From positions 150,001-182,000 of the forward strand of contig CP188086.1 in the NCBI GenBank assembly GCA_049942765.1: a DNA stretch of 32,000 bases. Direction: 5' to 3'. The notes beneath the pieces are model-generated. The model was not told where the DNA came from. It did no database searches and saw only the letters and a program-made list of their open reading frames with translations. The DNA comes from Candidatus Saccharimonadota bacterium (GTDB taxonomy: Bacteria; Pseudomonadota; Gammaproteobacteria; Enterobacterales; Enterobacteriaceae). Made by a program: the position numbers and the translations under genes. Shown in pieces: positions 1 through 9,076 of the stretch (its first letter is position 1; every line of letters begins with the position of its first letter).

Positions 1-108
1 TCTTCTTTTAGGTTCTATGTTTTTTAATACAGACATAAAAATAGGTAAATTACCTATTGGATCCATTATAAATATAAGGAGTATAGTTGTAGATATCATT
101 TCATTCAT
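1..108 (-). CDS. yhgN: MarC/YhgN-family (UPF0056) inner-membrane protein, 5' end only (gene runs off the window start)
   Basis: Reverse-strand translation from ATG (108-106) reads MNEMISTTILLIFIMDPIGNLPIFMSVLKNIEPKRR and stays open to base 1. It closely matches the recalled E. coli YhgN N-terminus, including the MDPxGNxPIF motif of the MarC family. It is divergent from asd, as in E. coli. It is absent from the supplied ORF track because it is truncated. Confidence 0.75.
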   Translation of the reverse strand, partial: MNEMISTTILLIFIMDPIGNLPIFMSVLKNIEPKRR

Positions 109-768
109 TATTTTCTTCCTAAATTATATCAATACTAATGAACTTATTAATGATATTAAAAACATATTGAAGTATTTAATATATATTTTTAATAATAAAA
201 ATGTATTAATTTATAGTTTTTAATAATTATTAAAAATAACACTTGTCTTATAAAAAAACAATTGTTTAGTACATTAACATGTTAATTTTTATATTAAAAT
301 ATTGATTTTTTTTATATATTAAAATGGTTTACGAAAAATAACATTTTTGTTTTTTAATGTTAAATGATTTTTAATATTAATTTGTTTTAGTTATTAATAT
401 TTAATGTAAAATTTTATGTATTGTGTAAAGTATGAATTATCGTAACAATTATTAATGTTAATTGTTATTAAATGTAATATTTTAATATTTATTATTGAAT
501 AATAATTTCTATGTATATGGTGTATTTAATATATTTTGTTATTAAGGATGATATTGAAAAAAATATATTTATTTTTATAAATATAATTTTTTATTGTTAA
601 GGTAAACAAACTTTTAAGAATATTTTTATAAGTATTATTCATGTATTAAGTAATAATTTTTTACTTTGTTATTTTGATGAGTATATTGTGTTTTATAATT
701 GAATTTTTTAAATGAATAAATTATTCTTATAAATACAATTCATTATTATTATATGGTAATTTTTTAGC

Positions 769-1881
769 ATGAAAAAATTAGTAGGTTTTGTAGGTTGGCG
801 TGGGATGGTAGGTTCTGTTTTATTAAATAGAATGATTGAAGAACATGATCTTAAATATTGTAATCTTGTTTTTTTTTCAACTTCTAATATAGGATCGCCG
901 GCACCAATAATTAATAATATGTCATATGGTCAATTGCAAGACGCTTATAATTTAGATATTTTAATGAATTTAGATGTTATTATTACTTGTCAAGGATCTC
1001 AATATACTTGTGATATTTACTTTAAATTACGACAACTATTATGGAAAGGATATTGGATTGATGCTGCTTCTTTATTACGTATGGAATCTAATTCAGTTAT
1101 TGTTTTGGATCCTATTAATAAAAATATGATTTTAGATTCTATAGATAAAGGAATTAAGACATTCGTTGGTGGTAACTGTACTGTTAGTTTGATGTTAATG
1201 GCTTTAGGGGGGTTGTTTAAAGAAAAATTAATTGATTGGGTTTCTGTATCGACTTATCAAGCTGCATCTGGTAGTGGTTCAAGTCATATGCTTGAATTAA
1301 TTGCACAAATGGGTTCATTATTTAATTCGGTATCTAAATATTTAATTAATTCATCATATTCAATATTAGATATTGAACGTAAAATTTCTAATTTTATGAA
1401 TTCTAACAATTGCCCTGTTGATAATTTTACTGTTCCATTGGCTGCTAGTTTAATTCCATGGATTGATGTAAAAATGAATAATAATCAAACTAAAGAAGAA
1501 TGGAAAGGTCAAGTAGAAACTAACAAAATATTAGGTTTAACAAATAATATTATCCCTATTGATGGAATTTGTGTTCGTATTGCTTCTTTTCGTTGTCATA
1601 GTCAATCTTTTACGATTAAATTAAATAAAAATGTTTCTATTTCGGAAATAGAATCAATTTTATTAAATCATAATAGTTGGGTAACAATTGTTCCAAATAA
1701 TTCTAAAGATACTATACATCAATTAACTCCATTGGCAGTAACGGGAACATTAAATATTCCTATTGGTCGAATAAAAAAAATGAATTTGGGTGTTAAATAT
1801 TTATCTGCATTCAGTGTAGGAGATCAGTTATTGTGGGGTGCTTCAGAACCCTTAAGAAGGTTATTAAAAATATTATTGTAG
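769..1881 (+). CDS. asd: aspartate-semialdehyde dehydrogenase
   Basis: 370 aa, colinear with E. coli Asd (367 aa). It has the N-terminal [13 protein letters not shown] dinucleotide-binding motif, the active-site Cys in GGNCTVSLM, the CHSQ(S/A)FTIKL block and the C-terminal [14 protein letters not shown]. Confidence 0.97.
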   Translation: MKKLVGFVGWRGMVGSVLLNRMIEEHDLKYCNLVFFSTSNIGSPAPIINNMSYGQLQDAYNLDILMNLDVIITCQGSQYTCDIYFKLRQLLWKGYWIDAASLLRMESNSVIVLDPINKNMILDSIDKGIKTFVGGNCTVSLMLMALGGLFKEKLIDWVSVSTYQAASGSGSSHMLELIAQMGSLFNSVSKYLINSSYSILDIERKISNFMNSNNCPVDNFTVPLAASLIPWIDVKMNNNQTKEEWKGQVETNKILGLTNNIIPIDGICVRIASFRCHSQSFTIKLNKNVSISEIESILLNHNSWVTIVPNNSKDTIHQLTPLAVTGTLNIPIGRIKKMNLGVKYLSAFSVGDQLLWGASEPLRRLLKILL

Positions 1882-1971
1882 TAATATGATAACTAATGTT
1901 AGTGGTGTCATACATATTGTTTGTATATATCTTTGACATTTTATAATTTTAGATATAAAAAATATATTTTT

Positions 1972-2001
1972 TAATGATGTATTAATTTTAATACATCATT
2001 A
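1972..2001. terminator. Perfect 13-bp AT-rich hairpin between convergent asd and tusA (possible bidirectional terminator)
   Basis: Bases 1972-1984 (taatgatgtatta) pair base-for-base with 1989-2001, leaving a 4-nt loop. Only 2 pairs are G:C. The flanking A/T runs (A6 at 1957-1962, T6 at 2012-2017) lie about 10 nt from the stem rather than next to it, so this is not a canonical intrinsic terminator. Confidence 0.3.
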
Positions 2002-2127
2002 TTAATAATAGTTTTTTAGATATTTTTTAGTAAGTAATATTAGCACTTCTGAGAAATATATAAATACATATTGATATATAACGTTATTATTATCAAACAA
2101 AAATTTTTTAATAATGATAGATAGATT

Positions 2128-2364
2128 TTATTTTTTTTTGATATAATATTGATAAGGAATTTTATTGACATTTTTTTTTGTTAATGAGTGTCCAACAAAA
2201 TGACAAAAGATAGGAATATCTCTTGTAGTTGTTGGATCATCTGTAATTACTAATAATATATTTTGATTATGCATAGTTCTTAAAGTTTTACGAATATAGA
2301 TGATTGGATCTGGACAACGTAGTCCTGTTAAATTAATTTTTATATGATAAAATGATTTTTGCAT
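2128..2364 (-). CDS. tusA: sulfurtransferase TusA (SirA/YhhP)
   Basis: 78 aa. It has the GLRCPDP active-site Cys motif and the VITDDPTTTRDIPIFC block, matching E. coli TusA (GLRCPEP, IADDPATTRDIPGFC; 81 aa). Confidence 0.93.
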   Translation of the reverse strand: MQKSFYHIKINLTGLRCPDPIIYIRKTLRTMHNQNILLVITDDPTTTRDIPIFCHFVGHSLTKKNVNKIPYQYYIKKK

Positions 2365-2399
2365 GTGATGATATTTTTATTTTTTGTTTATAGTTATAT

Positions 2400-3062
2400 T
2401 TATGAAATGTTATTTGATGAATTATATAAATTATTAATCTTTATATAATTATCTACTCTTTGTGGTAATAAAGATATACATGATTTTCCTGTATAATACG
2501 CATTTCTAATATACGTTGAAGAAATGTTGAGATGATTAATTTTTGTAAAATATATGTATCCACATGGTTGTTGTGTTAAATAATTAATATTATTTATATA
2601 ATGTTGGTTTATCCATCTTTGTAGTAATTTATTGTCGTTCTTGTTTTTAGAATAATAAAACTCTCGTGGACAAATGATTAGATGACAGAAAAACAGTATT
2701 TTATTCCATTGATTCCATTTTGTAATATTAATTAAATTATCTTCTCCTATGATGAATAAAATAGGTGTTTTTGGTCCTAGTATATCTCTAAGATATGTTA
2801 ATGTATCAATGCTATAAATAAATTGATTATTAATTTCAGTTAAGTTAATTTGATAAATATGTTTATTAAACATAGCTAGTTTTATCATGTTTAGTCTATG
2901 TATAATAGAAGTCAATGTTATATTTTTATATTTAGCAGAACACGTAGGAATAATAATAATTTTTTTAAGTTTGAATTGCAATGTTATTTTTGTGATGATA
3001 TTTAAATGTCCGTAATGTATTGGATCAAAAGATCCTCCTAATATGGTATAGGTTGATATCAT
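2400..3062 (-). CDS. nadD: nicotinate-nucleotide adenylyltransferase
   Basis: 220 aa. It has the N-terminal GGSFDPIHYGHL nucleotidyltransferase (HxGH) motif and the C-terminal ISSTYIR motif. It sits immediately downstream of holA, as in E. coli. Confidence 0.92.
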   Translation of the reverse strand: MISTYTILGGSFDPIHYGHLNIITKITLQFKLKKIIIIPTCSAKYKNITLTSIIHRLNMIKLAMFNKHIYQINLTEINNQFIYSIDTLTYLRDILGPKTPILFIIGEDNLINITKWNQWNKILFFCHLIICPREFYYSKNKNDNKLLQRWINQHYINNINYLTQQPCGYIYFTKINHLNISSTYIRNAYYTGKSCISLLPQRVDNYIKINNLYNSSNNIS

Positions 3063-3081
3063 AATAATTTATATTGTCTTT

Positions 3082-4074
3082 TTATGTATTATAATACTGA
3101 AAAAATAATAGTGATATAATTTTTAATTGAATCCATATAGATGTGATGTGGTATGTTTTGATGTTAATTTCTATATTAGTTAATATTGTTATAATTTTAT
3201 ATATTAAACATATTAATTTTTGATAATTGTATTTACTTAAATAATGATTTTTTTCATTATATTTTGAAGAACGTAAGAGCAATTTTATTCTATTTTTAGA
3301 TATAATGTTTTTTGTTAATGTTCGTTGTAAAGTTCGAATTAGTATAATAGGTTCATAATTTTTATCAATAAATGTTTGTAATATTATCATAGATTCATTT
3401 TTATTACCTTGTAGTACTGCATGTACCCATTGAATAGCATTGAATTTTCCTTGATTATTAATGATGTTTGATACATCTGTTTTTTTAATTGTAGATTTAT
3501 TATATATTAGAAATAATATTTCTAAAGTTTTAGATAGTCCTAGAAAATCATTTTTAAAGTTGTATAATAACAGTTCTTTTGCACTTTGTTTTATATCACA
3601 ATAATTTATTGAAATATTATAATTTAACCATTGGATAAGTTCATCATGGTTATTAATGGTACAATTAATTAATTCTCCGATAAATTGAGTATTTTTATAA
3701 AATATTTTTTCTTTATTTAAATAAAATTTTTTACAGTATGTAATAATTAATAAAATATTTCTATGTATAATTTTTAATAAAATATTTATATATTTATAAA
3801 TATTATTTATTGGTTCATTATTAGGAATATTAATAATTATTATAATTTTTTCTATAAAAATATTTTTATTAGATATAATTGTAAATATTTTCTCCCATTC
3901 TAATTTAGTTATAGGGTTAAAACAATTTTTTTTATAATAACCTTGTGTATCTGCTTTTTTCATAATTATTTTTATGCCGAATTGACATAGAATAATTTCT
4001 TGCCCTTGTAGTATATAACAAGGTAATAGATTTTTTTTTAATTTTCGTTTAAGTATTTCATAAAATATAGACAT
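3082..4074 (-). CDS. holA: DNA polymerase III delta subunit
   Basis: 330 aa versus 343 in E. coli. The sequence is very divergent, but the EPIILIRTLQRTL block aligns with E. coli EPVILLRTLQREL. The position between leuS and nadD is conserved. Confidence 0.85.
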   Translation of the reverse strand: MSIFYEILKRKLKKNLLPCYILQGQEIILCQFGIKIIMKKADTQGYYKKNCFNPITKLEWEKIFTIISNKNIFIEKIIIIINIPNNEPINNIYKYINILLKIIHRNILLIITYCKKFYLNKEKIFYKNTQFIGELINCTINNHDELIQWLNYNISINYCDIKQSAKELLLYNFKNDFLGLSKTLEILFLIYNKSTIKKTDVSNIINNQGKFNAIQWVHAVLQGNKNESMIILQTFIDKNYEPIILIRTLQRTLTKNIISKNRIKLLLRSSKYNEKNHYLSKYNYQKLICLIYKIITILTNIEINIKTYHITSIWIQLKIISLLFFQYYNT

Positions 4075-4178
4075 AATTTTTTTATATTATTTTTTGATAT
4101 TTATTAAAATATGTAATACATTACAATTATGTACTAGTTATTTATCACGTAAATATACTTTATATTATATATTGTTAT

Positions 4179-6791
4179 TTATAAAACTAAATTTAACAAT
4201 TTATTTTTAATGTAAATTACTTTCTTTATATCTTTATGATGTAGATATTTTTTTAATTTTGGTTCATTTAAAGCTTTTGAAAGAATATTTTCTTGTGATA
4301 TATGTATACGCGACATTGTAATAAGATGTCTAGTTTTTCCATTTATTTGTAAAATGATTGTATCATATTTTGGTTTAATTAATTTTTTATCATATATTGG
4401 CCAGGAAGTAAAATCAATGTTATATGTTCCAGTTAGTTTGATCCATAATACAAAACACATATGTGGGGTGAAAGGATATAACATTTTTATAGTATTGACT
4501 AAAGCATAATACATTAAGTTTTTATCTTGATTATGAGAAAACGATATTTTTAATAGATCGTTAACTAGTTTCATTATTTGAGCGATAGCAGTATTGAACA
4601 TTTTTCTTCGATCTATATCATCAGTTACTTTATAAATAGTATAGTGAATTTTTCTATATATTTTTTTTTGTTCATAATTTAATTCATCTAGATTAATATC
4701 AGAATGGATATAATTATAGTTAATATAATTATTAGTTAGTAACCATAGTTTATTTAAAAAACGATAAACACCAATAACTCCATCACTATTCCATTCTAAT
4801 GACATGTTTACAGGCGCTGCAAACATAATGAATAATCTTAAAGTATCAGCTCCATATTTTTTAATAATTTCTCCTGGTTCAATGCCATTTTTTTTTGATT
4901 TTGACATTTTAATCATACCTGCATGAATGATTTTTTCTCCATTTTTATGAACAGCATTAATAATCTTACCTTGTTGATTTTTTTTTATTTGAATTAGAGC
5001 ATGTGGTACCCATATTTTATCACCTTTTAGGTTGATATAATAAAAAGCATCAGATAAGACCATTCCTTGACATAGGAGATTTTTGACAGGTTCGTCATAA
5101 GGTACAAGATTGAAATCTCGTAATAGTTTATGAAAAAATCTAAAATACATAAGATGCATAATAGCATGTTCTATTCCACCTATATATTGGTCAACAGGTA
5201 GCCAATATTGCGCAGCTTTTGGATTAACAATGCCTTTTTTATATTGTGGTGATGTATAACGAGCATAATACCAAGATGATTCTACAAACGTATCAAATGT
5301 ATCTGTTTCTCTTATTGCTTTACTATTATTGATATATATATTTTTCCATTTTTCTAATTGTTTACTTATTAATTTTTTATTAATTAAATTAGCATAGTCT
5401 ATTTTAGGTAGATGTATTGGTAATTGTTTTTCAGGTATAACGTTAATTTCTCCATTTTTCATAATAGCAATAGGTATAGGTGTGCCCCAATATCGTTGTC
5501 TAGATATACTCCAATCTTTAATTTTTGTAATAGTTATTTTTTTAGCATTATATTTATTTTGTAGCTGAAAGAATATTTTTTTATATGCTATTTCACTAGT
5601 AAAACCATTAAATTTATCTGAATTATATAAAATACCGTAATTTAATGTTGGTTGATGATCTATATTGGGTTCCAAATTATTTATGTCTAGAATAACTGGT
5701 TTTATTTTAATATTGTGATATTTAGCAAATGTCCATTCATATTGATTATGTGCAGGTGTACAAATAATAGAATCAGTTGTATGTTCTTTTAATACAAAAT
5801 TAGCAATCCATATTGGAATAGAATGGTTAGTTAACGGATGTAGAACAAAATTAGTAGAATGGATGCCTCTTTTATTAAAATTCAGTGGATTACTTATATA
5901 GTCTAAATGATCACAAGAATTTTGTATGTAATTTTTTATTGTTGTATTTTTTTTTTGTAATTTTTGTGCAAAAGGGTGTAATGGAGAAATAGCAACATAA
6001 GTAGCTCCCATTAACGTATCTAATCTAGTAGTAGATACTTTTATTTGTTGTTTTTTGTTCGTAAAGTTGAGTGTAATTTCGATTGATTTAGATAATCCAA
6101 TCCATTTTTTTTGCATGTTTTTTACTGAAGTTGGCCATTCTGTTAGCCTATCTAAGCTATTTGTTAATTCTTCAGCATAATCAGTAATTTTTAAAAACCA
6201 TTGTGGAATTTCTTTTTGAATAACAGTGGTATGACATCTCCAACATTTTTTATTGTCCACTTGTTCGTTGGCTAATACTGTATTATCTTTTGGACACCAA
6301 TTTACCATAGCAGTTTTTTTATATGCTATATTTTTTTGATATAATTTTATAAAAAACCATTGTTCCCAATGATAATATTCTGGTTTTGAAGTATTAATTT
6401 CTCTAGACCAATCGTAGCTAAATCCTAATGATATTAATTGTTTTTTCATGAATGCAATATTATTTTTTGTCCATTTATCTGGTGAAACTTGATGTTGTAT
6501 AGCAGCTTCTTCAGCTGGTAATCCAAATGCATCCCATCCTATTGGTTGTAGTACATTTTTTCCTAACATACGTTGATATCTAGAAATAACATCGCTGATT
6601 GTATAGTTTCTGACATGTCCCATATGTAAATTTCCAGATGGATAAGGCATCATTGCTAAACAATAAAACTTAATTTTTTTTTCATTTTCAATAACTTGAA
6701 AAGTATTATTAGTTTCCCAATAGTTTTGAACAAAATTTTCAATTTCTTTCGGATTATAGTTATTTTTTATGTTAAGTGTAGTTTTTGTCAT
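4179..6791 (-). CDS. leuS: leucyl-tRNA synthetase
   Basis: 870 aa. It has the class I signature PYPSGNLHMGHVRNY (HIGH motif) and KMSKSKKNG (KMSKS motif). Length and order match E. coli LeuS (860 aa). Confidence 0.98.
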   Translation of the reverse strand: MTKTTLNIKNNYNPKEIENFVQNYWETNNTFQVIENEKKIKFYCLAMMPYPSGNLHMGHVRNYTISDVISRYQRMLGKNVLQPIGWDAFGLPAEEAAIQHQVSPDKWTKNNIAFMKKQLISLGFSYDWSREINTSKPEYYHWEQWFFIKLYQKNIAYKKTAMVNWCPKDNTVLANEQVDNKKCWRCHTTVIQKEIPQWFLKITDYAEELTNSLDRLTEWPTSVKNMQKKWIGLSKSIEITLNFTNKKQQIKVSTTRLDTLMGATYVAISPLHPFAQKLQKKNTTIKNYIQNSCDHLDYISNPLNFNKRGIHSTNFVLHPLTNHSIPIWIANFVLKEHTTDSIICTPAHNQYEWTFAKYHNIKIKPVILDINNLEPNIDHQPTLNYGILYNSDKFNGFTSEIAYKKIFFQLQNKYNAKKITITKIKDWSISRQRYWGTPIPIAIMKNGEINVIPEKQLPIHLPKIDYANLINKKLISKQLEKWKNIYINNSKAIRETDTFDTFVESSWYYARYTSPQYKKGIVNPKAAQYWLPVDQYIGGIEHAIMHLMYFRFFHKLLRDFNLVPYDEPVKNLLCQGMVLSDAFYYINLKGDKIWVPHALIQIKKNQQGKIINAVHKNGEKIIHAGMIKMSKSKKNGIEPGEIIKKYGADTLRLFIMFAAPVNMSLEWNSDGVIGVYRFLNKLWLLTNNYINYNYIHSDINLDELNYEQKKIYRKIHYTIYKVTDDIDRRKMFNTAIAQIMKLVNDLLKISFSHNQDKNLMYYALVNTIKMLYPFTPHMCFVLWIKLTGTYNIDFTSWPIYDKKLIKPKYDTIILQINGKTRHLITMSRIHISQENILSKALNEPKLKKYLHHKDIKKVIYIKNKLLNLVL

Positions 6792-7436
6792 ATATTTAGA
6801 TTTTATCTCAGTAAAAATATGTTTTTAATAAATTGACATGTAATATTGTATTTATTTATATTGATTTATATTTTATAGTATAAAATTTTTTGATGTTATA
6901 ACATATTAATCATGTACAATTGTTATTTAAAATGTTTATTATTAAATTTTTATAAATTTATTTAATTTATGATTGTTATTAATTTATTAATGTACTGAAA
7001 TTTAACTTAAAATAAATTAAGTATCATAGTATAGGGATTTTAAATTACTATAAATTATATTAAATATTGTATATATATTAGTGCATATGATAAATTTATT
7101 ATGATAAATATTTTTATATAACATATCATTATGTAAACATTTTAAATGAAAAAGATATTTAACTATTTTTATGTATAAAAAAATAGATGTTTTTGTAATA
7201 CAAAATGTATATTTAATATTATTTGATTATAAATATATTTATTTTCTGTTATATCTAACAAGTTTCAATATTTGAATAATAGTATGATTTGTATATTTAT
7301 TTATGTTTTTGACATAAAAAATAAGAAAATATATTTTTAATATTAAATATATTTAACTATAATTAAAAATAGATATCTATATAAAAAAATATTATTTATT
7401 TTATTTTATTAAATAATAAATATTATTAATTATAAT

Positions 7437-8306
7437 TTATGTAACTGTTTTTTTTATATGTTTTGGAATAGTTACATGAATTTGTATAATTTGTCGATTA
7501 TTTGCTATTGAAATTTTAAAAATATATCCTTGTATATTAATAGATTCTCCTATAATTGGTAAATGTCCTAATTTTGTCATAACTAACCCACCAATAGTAT
7601 CTACTGACGAGTTATTTAAATTAGTATTAAACATGTCATTAAATTCTTTAATTTCAGTTAAAGCAGGTATAGCAAATGTTTCTGAATTAATTTGATGTAC
7701 TTTTAAAATATGATTAGTATCATATTCATCTTCAATATTGCCTACAATTAATTCTAAAATATCTTCAATGGTAACTAAACCTGAAACTGCTCCAAATTCA
7801 TCAATTACTATAGCCATGTGATGATGCTTTGATCGAAATTCTTTTAGCATTCGGTTTACAGATTTACTTTCCGGTACGACAATAGAAGGTCTAATTATTT
7901 TAGTTATAAAAAATTGATTTGTTTTTTTTTTTATAAATGGTAGCAAATCTTTTGCAATTAAAATACCTTTGACATAATTATTATCTTTACTCATAACAGG
8001 GTATCTAGAATGAGCTGATTTAATGATAATATTAATACAAGTTTGAAAATCATAGTTGATTTTTAAAGTGATCATTTGAGTTTTTGGTATCATAATATCA
8101 TGTATTTTTTTCTCTGTAATGTTAATGACACCTTTTAACATATTGCTGACATCATGATCAATTATTTTTTTTTTTTTCGAATTTTTAATTATTAAAAGCA
8201 AATCTTCTCTATTTTTTGGTGATTCTGGTCTTATTTGATTAAGTAATGTAGAAAAAAAGCTTTTTTTATTTATTTTTTTACTAGGATTTGAATAGTCGTC
8301 AATCAT
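7437..8306 (-). CDS. corC: CorC/YbeX CBS-domain magnesium/cobalt efflux-associated protein
   Basis: 289 aa versus 292 in E. coli YbeX. It shows a CBS-pair region (DIMIPKTQM... through HHMAIVIDEFGAVSGLVTIEDILE) followed by a CorC/HlyC-type C-terminus. It lies directly downstream of ybeY, as in E. coli. Confidence 0.9.
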   Translation of the reverse strand: MIDDYSNPSKKINKKSFFSTLLNQIRPESPKNREDLLLIIKNSKKKKIIDHDVSNMLKGVINITEKKIHDIMIPKTQMITLKINYDFQTCINIIIKSAHSRYPVMSKDNNYVKGILIAKDLLPFIKKKTNQFFITKIIRPSIVVPESKSVNRMLKEFRSKHHHMAIVIDEFGAVSGLVTIEDILELIVGNIEDEYDTNHILKVHQINSETFAIPALTEIKEFNDMFNTNLNNSSVDTIGGLVMTKLGHLPIIGESINIQGYIFKISIANNRQIIQIHVTIPKHIKKTVT

Positions 8307-8370
8307 ATATTTTTGTTGTATATCTCATGCTTAGTTAATTGAAAATAATCTTAATGTAGCAACATTAAGT

Positions 8371-8846
8371 TTATTTTTCTATAATGTATGGATTAGCAAA
8401 ACCTAAAGATTTTAAGTAATAAGTTTCCAATAATTCCATATTAATTCGATCTAGATTATTGTTATGAGTATATTCTAATAAGTGCAGTGTTCCGTGTATA
8501 ATAATATGTGCCCAATGAGCTTCAATTTTTTTTTTTGTTCTATAGATTCTTCTTTGATCTTGGAATTACATAGGATTAAATCTCCTATACAATATTGTTT
8601 TTTTATATTGTTCTTACCATAAGAAAAAGTTAAAATATTAGTATTTTTATTAATATTTCGATATTTCTTGTTAAGTTTAATCATTTCTTCTGTATTAACA
8701 ATTACAATAGTAATATCAGCTTTTGTTGTATTAATATTACAAACATAAGTTACCCATTTAATTAGATCTTTGTTTGTTGGTGAAATCATTTTATGGCAAG
8801 ATCTATTTTTAATTGTGACATGTATTTTTTTCATATTAAAGTACAT
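8371..8846 (-). pseudogene. ybeY: ybeY (rRNA-maturation endoribonuclease) interrupted by a frameshift in an A11 tract; formally a pseudogene, possibly expressed through poly(A) slippage
   Basis: Frame 1 (8846->8475) gives the YbeY N-terminal part (TNILTFSY, IGDLILC). The adjacent frame from 8523 to the stop at 8373-8371 gives EAHWAHIIIHGTLHLLEYTH...IIEK*, which carries the HGxLHLxGYxH zinc motif. The frames join at T11 on the + strand (8526-8536). A12 or A9 would give one ORF of about 158 codons (E. coli YbeY is 155 aa). Confidence 0.85.
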
Positions 8847-9076
8847 TAATATTGTTAGTCTGTAGTGTTAATATAATAACTATATAAATAATATTTTAGT
8901 TTTTAAATTATTGTATAATAATTTTTTTAATGTTGATATGTTGTAAAAAATTAATATTTATTAATAATTATTAAATAAATTTATTACGTAAAAATTTATT
9001 GTTTATATCATTAATCATAGGTTAATTTTTGTTATAATAGTTTATATTTATTATATAGTATGTGTTATTATATATT

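Noticed and set aside
17-223. A 68-aa ORF on the + strand at the window start
   Set aside because: Its first 90 nt are antisense to a convincing MarC/YhgN N-terminus (1-108, minus strand). The remainder is low-complexity I/N/K/F-rich sequence typical of random ORFs in A/T-rich DNA, with no recognisable homology.
2555-2564. A DnaA-box-like sequence, tGTATCCACA (8 of 9 matches to TTATCCACA)
   Set aside because: It is a single imperfect copy inside the nadD coding sequence. There is no cluster, no adjacent AT-rich unwinding repeats with 13-mer structure, and no dnaA or gidA context, so it is not an origin.
9030-9038. An exact extended -10 consensus (TGtTATAAT) on the + strand, pointing antisense into the miaB 3' end
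   Set aside because: By my rough composition-based estimate, about ten such matches are expected by chance in a window this A/T-rich. Nothing else supports an antisense promoter.
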